A DNA stretch of 40,403 nucleotides from Rubritepida sp. (lineage in GTDB: Bacteria > Pseudomonadota > Alphaproteobacteria > Acetobacterales > Acetobacteraceae): positions 1-40,403 of the forward strand of contig JAQGHZ010000582.1 of the NCBI GenBank assembly GCA_028291485.1, in the 5' to 3' direction. The notes below the pieces were generated by a model. That model was not told the origin of the DNA and did no database searches. It saw nothing but the letters and a program-made list of their open reading frames with translations. The position numbers were made by a program, and so were the translations under genes. This document shows, in pieces, positions 37,765 through 40,403 of this stretch. Position 1 is the stretch's first letter. Every line of letters starts with the position of its first letter.

Positions 37765-38376
37765 ATGAAGGCTTTCACGACCCTGACGGGCGTCGCGGCG
37801 CCCCTGCCGGCGGCGAACATCGACACCGACAAGATCATCCCGGCGCGCTTTCTCAAGACCATTGCGCGCACGGGGCTTGGCAAGCACCTCTTCGCCAATA
37901 TGCGCTTCAATGAGGACGGCTCGGAGAAGCCAGACTTCGTGCTGAATCAGCCGGCCTACCGTCATTCCGAAATTCTCATCGCCTACGAGAATTTCGGCTG
38001 CGGCAGCTCGCGCGAGCACGCGCCCTGGGCGCTGTTGGATTTCGGCATCCGCTGCGTGATCGCGCCGGACTTCGCCGACATCTTCCACAACAACAGCTTC
38101 AAGAACGGCATCCTTCCCATTCGGCTGCCGCGCGAGATCTGCGAGAAGCTGATGGAGGACGCGAAGCTGGGTGGCAATGCGCGCCTCACCGTGGATCTGG
38201 AGCGTTCGGTGGTGGTGCGTCCGAACGGCGAGGAGATCCCCTTCGAGATCGATCCCTTCCGCCGCCACTGCCTGCTGAACGGCCTCGACGATATCGGCCA
38301 GACGATGCAGCACAAGCCTGCCATCGAGAGCTTCGAGGCGCGCCAGCGCGCCGCGCAGCCCTGGCTCTACGGGTGA
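37765..38376 (+). CDS. leuD: 3-isopropylmalate dehydratase small subunit
   Basis: [30 protein letters not shown]. Confidence 0.99.
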   Translation: MKAFTTLTGVAAPLPAANIDTDKIIPARFLKTIARTGLGKHLFANMRFNEDGSEKPDFVLNQPAYRHSEILIAYENFGCGSSREHAPWALLDFGIRCVIAPDFADIFHNNSFKNGILPIRLPREICEKLMEDAKLGGNARLTVDLERSVVVRPNGEEIPFEIDPFRRHCLLNGLDDIGQTMQHKPAIESFEARQRAAQPWLYG

Positions 38377-38386
38377 AAGAAGACTG

Positions 38387-39499
38387 ATGCCTGCGAACAA
38401 GAAGCTGCTCGTCCTCCCTGGGGATGGGATTGGTCCCGAAGTCATGGCCGAGGTGCGCCGTGTGATCGATTGGATGGAGCGTCGCCGCCGCGCCAGCTTC
38501 GAGATTGTGGAAGGTCTCGTGGGCGGTGCCGCGCTCGATGCCGAGGGCACGCCATGTCCCGACAAGACGGTCGCCGCGGCGCGGGAAGCGGATGCCGTGC
38601 TGTTCGGCAGCGTGGGTGGGCCTAAGTGGGATACGCTGCCCTTCGATCGCCGCCCCGAGCTCGGCATCCTGCGTCTGCGCAAGGATCTGGGCCTCTTTGC
38701 GAACCTGCGTCCTGCCATCGTGCTGGATCCGCTTGTGGACGCGTCCTCGCTGAAGCCGGAAATCGTGCGCGGCCTGGACATCATCATTGTGCGCGAGAGC
38801 ACGGGTGGCATCTATTTCGGTGAGCCGCGCGGTATTCATATCGACACCAACGGCAAGCGTGTCGGCGTCGACACGGAGGTCTATTCGGAAGAGGAGATCG
38901 CGCGGGTGGCGCGCGTGGCCTTCGATCTCGCGCGCAAGCGACGCAACAAGGTGACGAGCACGGAGAAGGCCAATGTCATGCAGACCGGCCGCCTCTGGCG
39001 TGCCGTGGTCAGCGAGATCCACAAGGCGGAATTCGCCGATGTCGAGCTGGAGCACATGTATGCCGACAACGCGGCCATGCAGCTTTGCTCGCGCCCCAAG
39101 CAGTTCGACGTCATTCTGGCATCCAACCTCTTCGGCGACGTGCTGAGCGATCTGGCGGCGGCTCTGACGGGCTCCCTGGGCATGCTGCCCTCGGCAACGC
39201 TCGGCGCGGTGGGGGCGGATGGGAAGCGCTACGCGCTGTATGAGCCGATCCACGGCTCGGCCCCGGACATCGCCGGCCTCGGCATCGCAAACCCCTGCGC
39301 GCAGATCCTGTCCTTCGCCATGCTGCTGCGCTGGTCCTTCGGCATGGAAGAGGATGCGCGGTTGATCGAACGCGCGGTCGAACAGGTCCTCGCTGGGGGA
39401 ATGCGGACTGCCGACATCATGCAAACCGGCATGGCGCGCATCAGCACGGCCGTGATGGGCGAGAGCGTCGTGCGTGAACTGGACAAGATCGGCGCCTGA
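38387..39499 (+). CDS. leuB: 3-isopropylmalate dehydrogenase
   Basis: [45 protein letters not shown]; follows leuCD. Confidence 0.98.
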   Translation: MPANKKLLVLPGDGIGPEVMAEVRRVIDWMERRRRASFEIVEGLVGGAALDAEGTPCPDKTVAAAREADAVLFGSVGGPKWDTLPFDRRPELGILRLRKDLGLFANLRPAIVLDPLVDASSLKPEIVRGLDIIIVRESTGGIYFGEPRGIHIDTNGKRVGVDTEVYSEEEIARVARVAFDLARKRRNKVTSTEKANVMQTGRLWRAVVSEIHKAEFADVELEHMYADNAAMQLCSRPKQFDVILASNLFGDVLSDLAAALTGSLGMLPSATLGAVGADGKRYALYEPIHGSAPDIAGLGIANPCAQILSFAMLLRWSFGMEEDARLIERAVEQVLAGGMRTADIMQTGMARISTAVMGESVVRELDKIGA

Positions 39500-39533
39500 T
39501 TTCCGTTTCGCGACAAAGCCTCGGCCCGGGGGG

Positions 39534-39562
39534 TTGCGCCACTCGATTTGGGAGGCTATTTC
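39534..39562 (+). promoter_or_regulatory. putative sigma70 promoter of tRNA-Arg(ACG)
   Basis: TTGCGC-N17-TATTTC, 15 nt before the tRNA. Confidence 0.45.
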
Positions 39563-39577
39563 CCCGGCCAACGGCAT

Positions 39578-39653
39578 GCACCCGTAGCTCAATGGATAGA
39601 GCACCAGACTACGAATCTGGGGGTTGGAGGTTCGAGTCCTTCCGGGTGCGCCA
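39578..39653 (+). tRNA. tRNA-Arg (anticodon ACG)
   Basis: Acceptor stem GCACCCG/CGGGTGC, anticodon arm CCAGA-CTACGAA-TCTGG, GGTTCGAGTCC, encoded CCA; 76 nt. Confidence 0.98.
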
Positions 39654-39693
39654 TTACTTCAAAAGCTTAGGCGTCAGAAAGGCCCGCAGATAT

Positions 39694-39727
39694 TGCGGAC
39701 CCGTTTCATGCGGACCCGTGGCGGACC
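39694..39727 (+). repeat. three direct GCGGACC repeats (two as TGCGGACCCGT)
   Basis: TGCGGACCCGT at 39694-704 and 39709-719; GCGGACC at 39721-727. Confidence 0.85.
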
Positions 39728-39743
39728 TCAAGGAATGATCGCC

Positions 39744-39944
39744 ATGGCGCCAGCATCAAATCCATTAAGCCGCGCCGAAGCGGATCCTCGCGGAGGCCGA
39801 TGGGGCTTTGTGCTTCGCGATCAGGAAGGCGTCGCGATTTACCGATCCGCCGACACATTCGCCCATCCGCAGGATGCCGTCGCGGCCGGCGTCAGGAAGT
39901 CCGCCACGCTTCCGCGAGCCATCAAAGGTGGCACGAAGCGCTGA
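39744..39944 (+). CDS. small hypothetical protein, YegP/DUF1508-like (66 aa)
   Basis: AAGGA RBS; GRWGFVLRDQEGVAIYRSADTFAHPQDAVAA resembles the DUF1508 pattern. Confidence 0.4.
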   Translation: MAPASNPLSRAEADPRGGRWGFVLRDQEGVAIYRSADTFAHPQDAVAAGVRKSATLPRAIKGGTKR

Positions 39945-40054
39945 ACAGCCAGGACCTACCTGAAGGGGGGCGGCTGCGCATGCATGCCCCCGAATCATTG
40001 GTGCCCGATTGCCGCGGCGGCCATATTCGCCCGGAAGCCAGGCAAGGAATCGGG

Positions 40055-40403
40055 ATGTCGCCAGAACACCGGGCGCGCGTAGACGCGCTTGAGCAGGCCG
40101 TGCGGGTGGAATTTCGGATGACCAGCTGGCTGAAGTGGCCATTCCCCAAGCGCGCTTCTTCGGACCCGGACCCGCCTTTCGTGCTGGGCCAAATCGCCGA
40201 GAGCGGCTTCGCGGAGCCTCCTATGGCGGAGGCGACGCCGCGCGATCTTGAGGAGTGGAGGGCCTATCTCGACCGGCGAAAGGCGGAGCTCGAGCACTGC
40301 AAGATGGATTTCGAATATAAGAAGCTCCGTGTGGAACTCCGTAAAATGAGGGTCGACGGGGACAATGACATGTTCCGCGCCGCCATCGACTACGCCAAGC
40401 AGT
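40055..40403 (+). CDS. hypothetical protein, 3' end outside the window (not in the ORF track)
   Basis: Open frame MSPEHRARV...MTSWLKWPF...EEWRAYLDRRKAELEHCKMDFEYKKLRVELRK..MFRAAIDYAKQ. AAGGA before ATG 40055; alternative start 40118. Confidence 0.55.
   Translation, partial: MSPEHRARVDALEQAVRVEFRMTSWLKWPFPKRASSDPDPPFVLGQIAESGFAEPPMAEATPRDLEEWRAYLDRRKAELEHCKMDFEYKKLRVELRKMRVDGDNDMFRAAIDYAKQ

Larger units (their letters stand above)
39654..40403. mobile_element. putative edge of a prophage or integrative element inserted at tRNA-Arg(ACG)
   Basis: IHF-like site and triple direct repeats right after CCA, then orphan ORFs. No integrase inside the window. Confidence 0.5.

Noticed and set aside
39624-39743. 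N-terminal part of ORF 39624-39944
   Set aside because: It starts inside the tRNA and crosses the repeat array; the RBS supports a start at 39744.

Overview
High-GC alphaproteobacterial chromosome segment; gene order and protein style suggest Acetobacteraceae (Roseomonas/Roseococcus-like, by inference). Most of it is core genome: rpsB-tsf-pyrH-frr-uppS-cdsA-dxr-rseP-bamA-skp-lpxD-fabZ-lpxA-lpxI-gloA, lexA with alpha-type SOS boxes, GT4/GT9 glycosyltransferases, thrS-infC, ffh-rpsP-rimM-trmD-rplS and leuCDB. Accessory or unusual parts: (1) the end of an IS481-family element at 1-98; (2) a Bug/TctC binding protein divergent from an IPMDH-family dehydrogenase whose catalytic Tyr is replaced by Phe; (3) opgC flanked by one intact and one degenerate SGNH protein; (4) a decayed islet after tRNA-Arg(TCT) carrying a SpoVG-like ORF, a DUF169 gene and an isocitrate lyase/PEP mutase-family pseudogene; (5) the probable edge of an integrated element after tRNA-Arg(ACG), with triple GCGGACC repeats, a YegP/DUF1508-like ORF and a truncated ORF. 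Also seen: structured leaders for rpsB and ffh, a probable ATA start for infC, and no lpxB after lpxI. No CRISPR array or complete novel multi-gene system can be shown from this window alone. All calls come from reading motifs by eye; no database searches were run.
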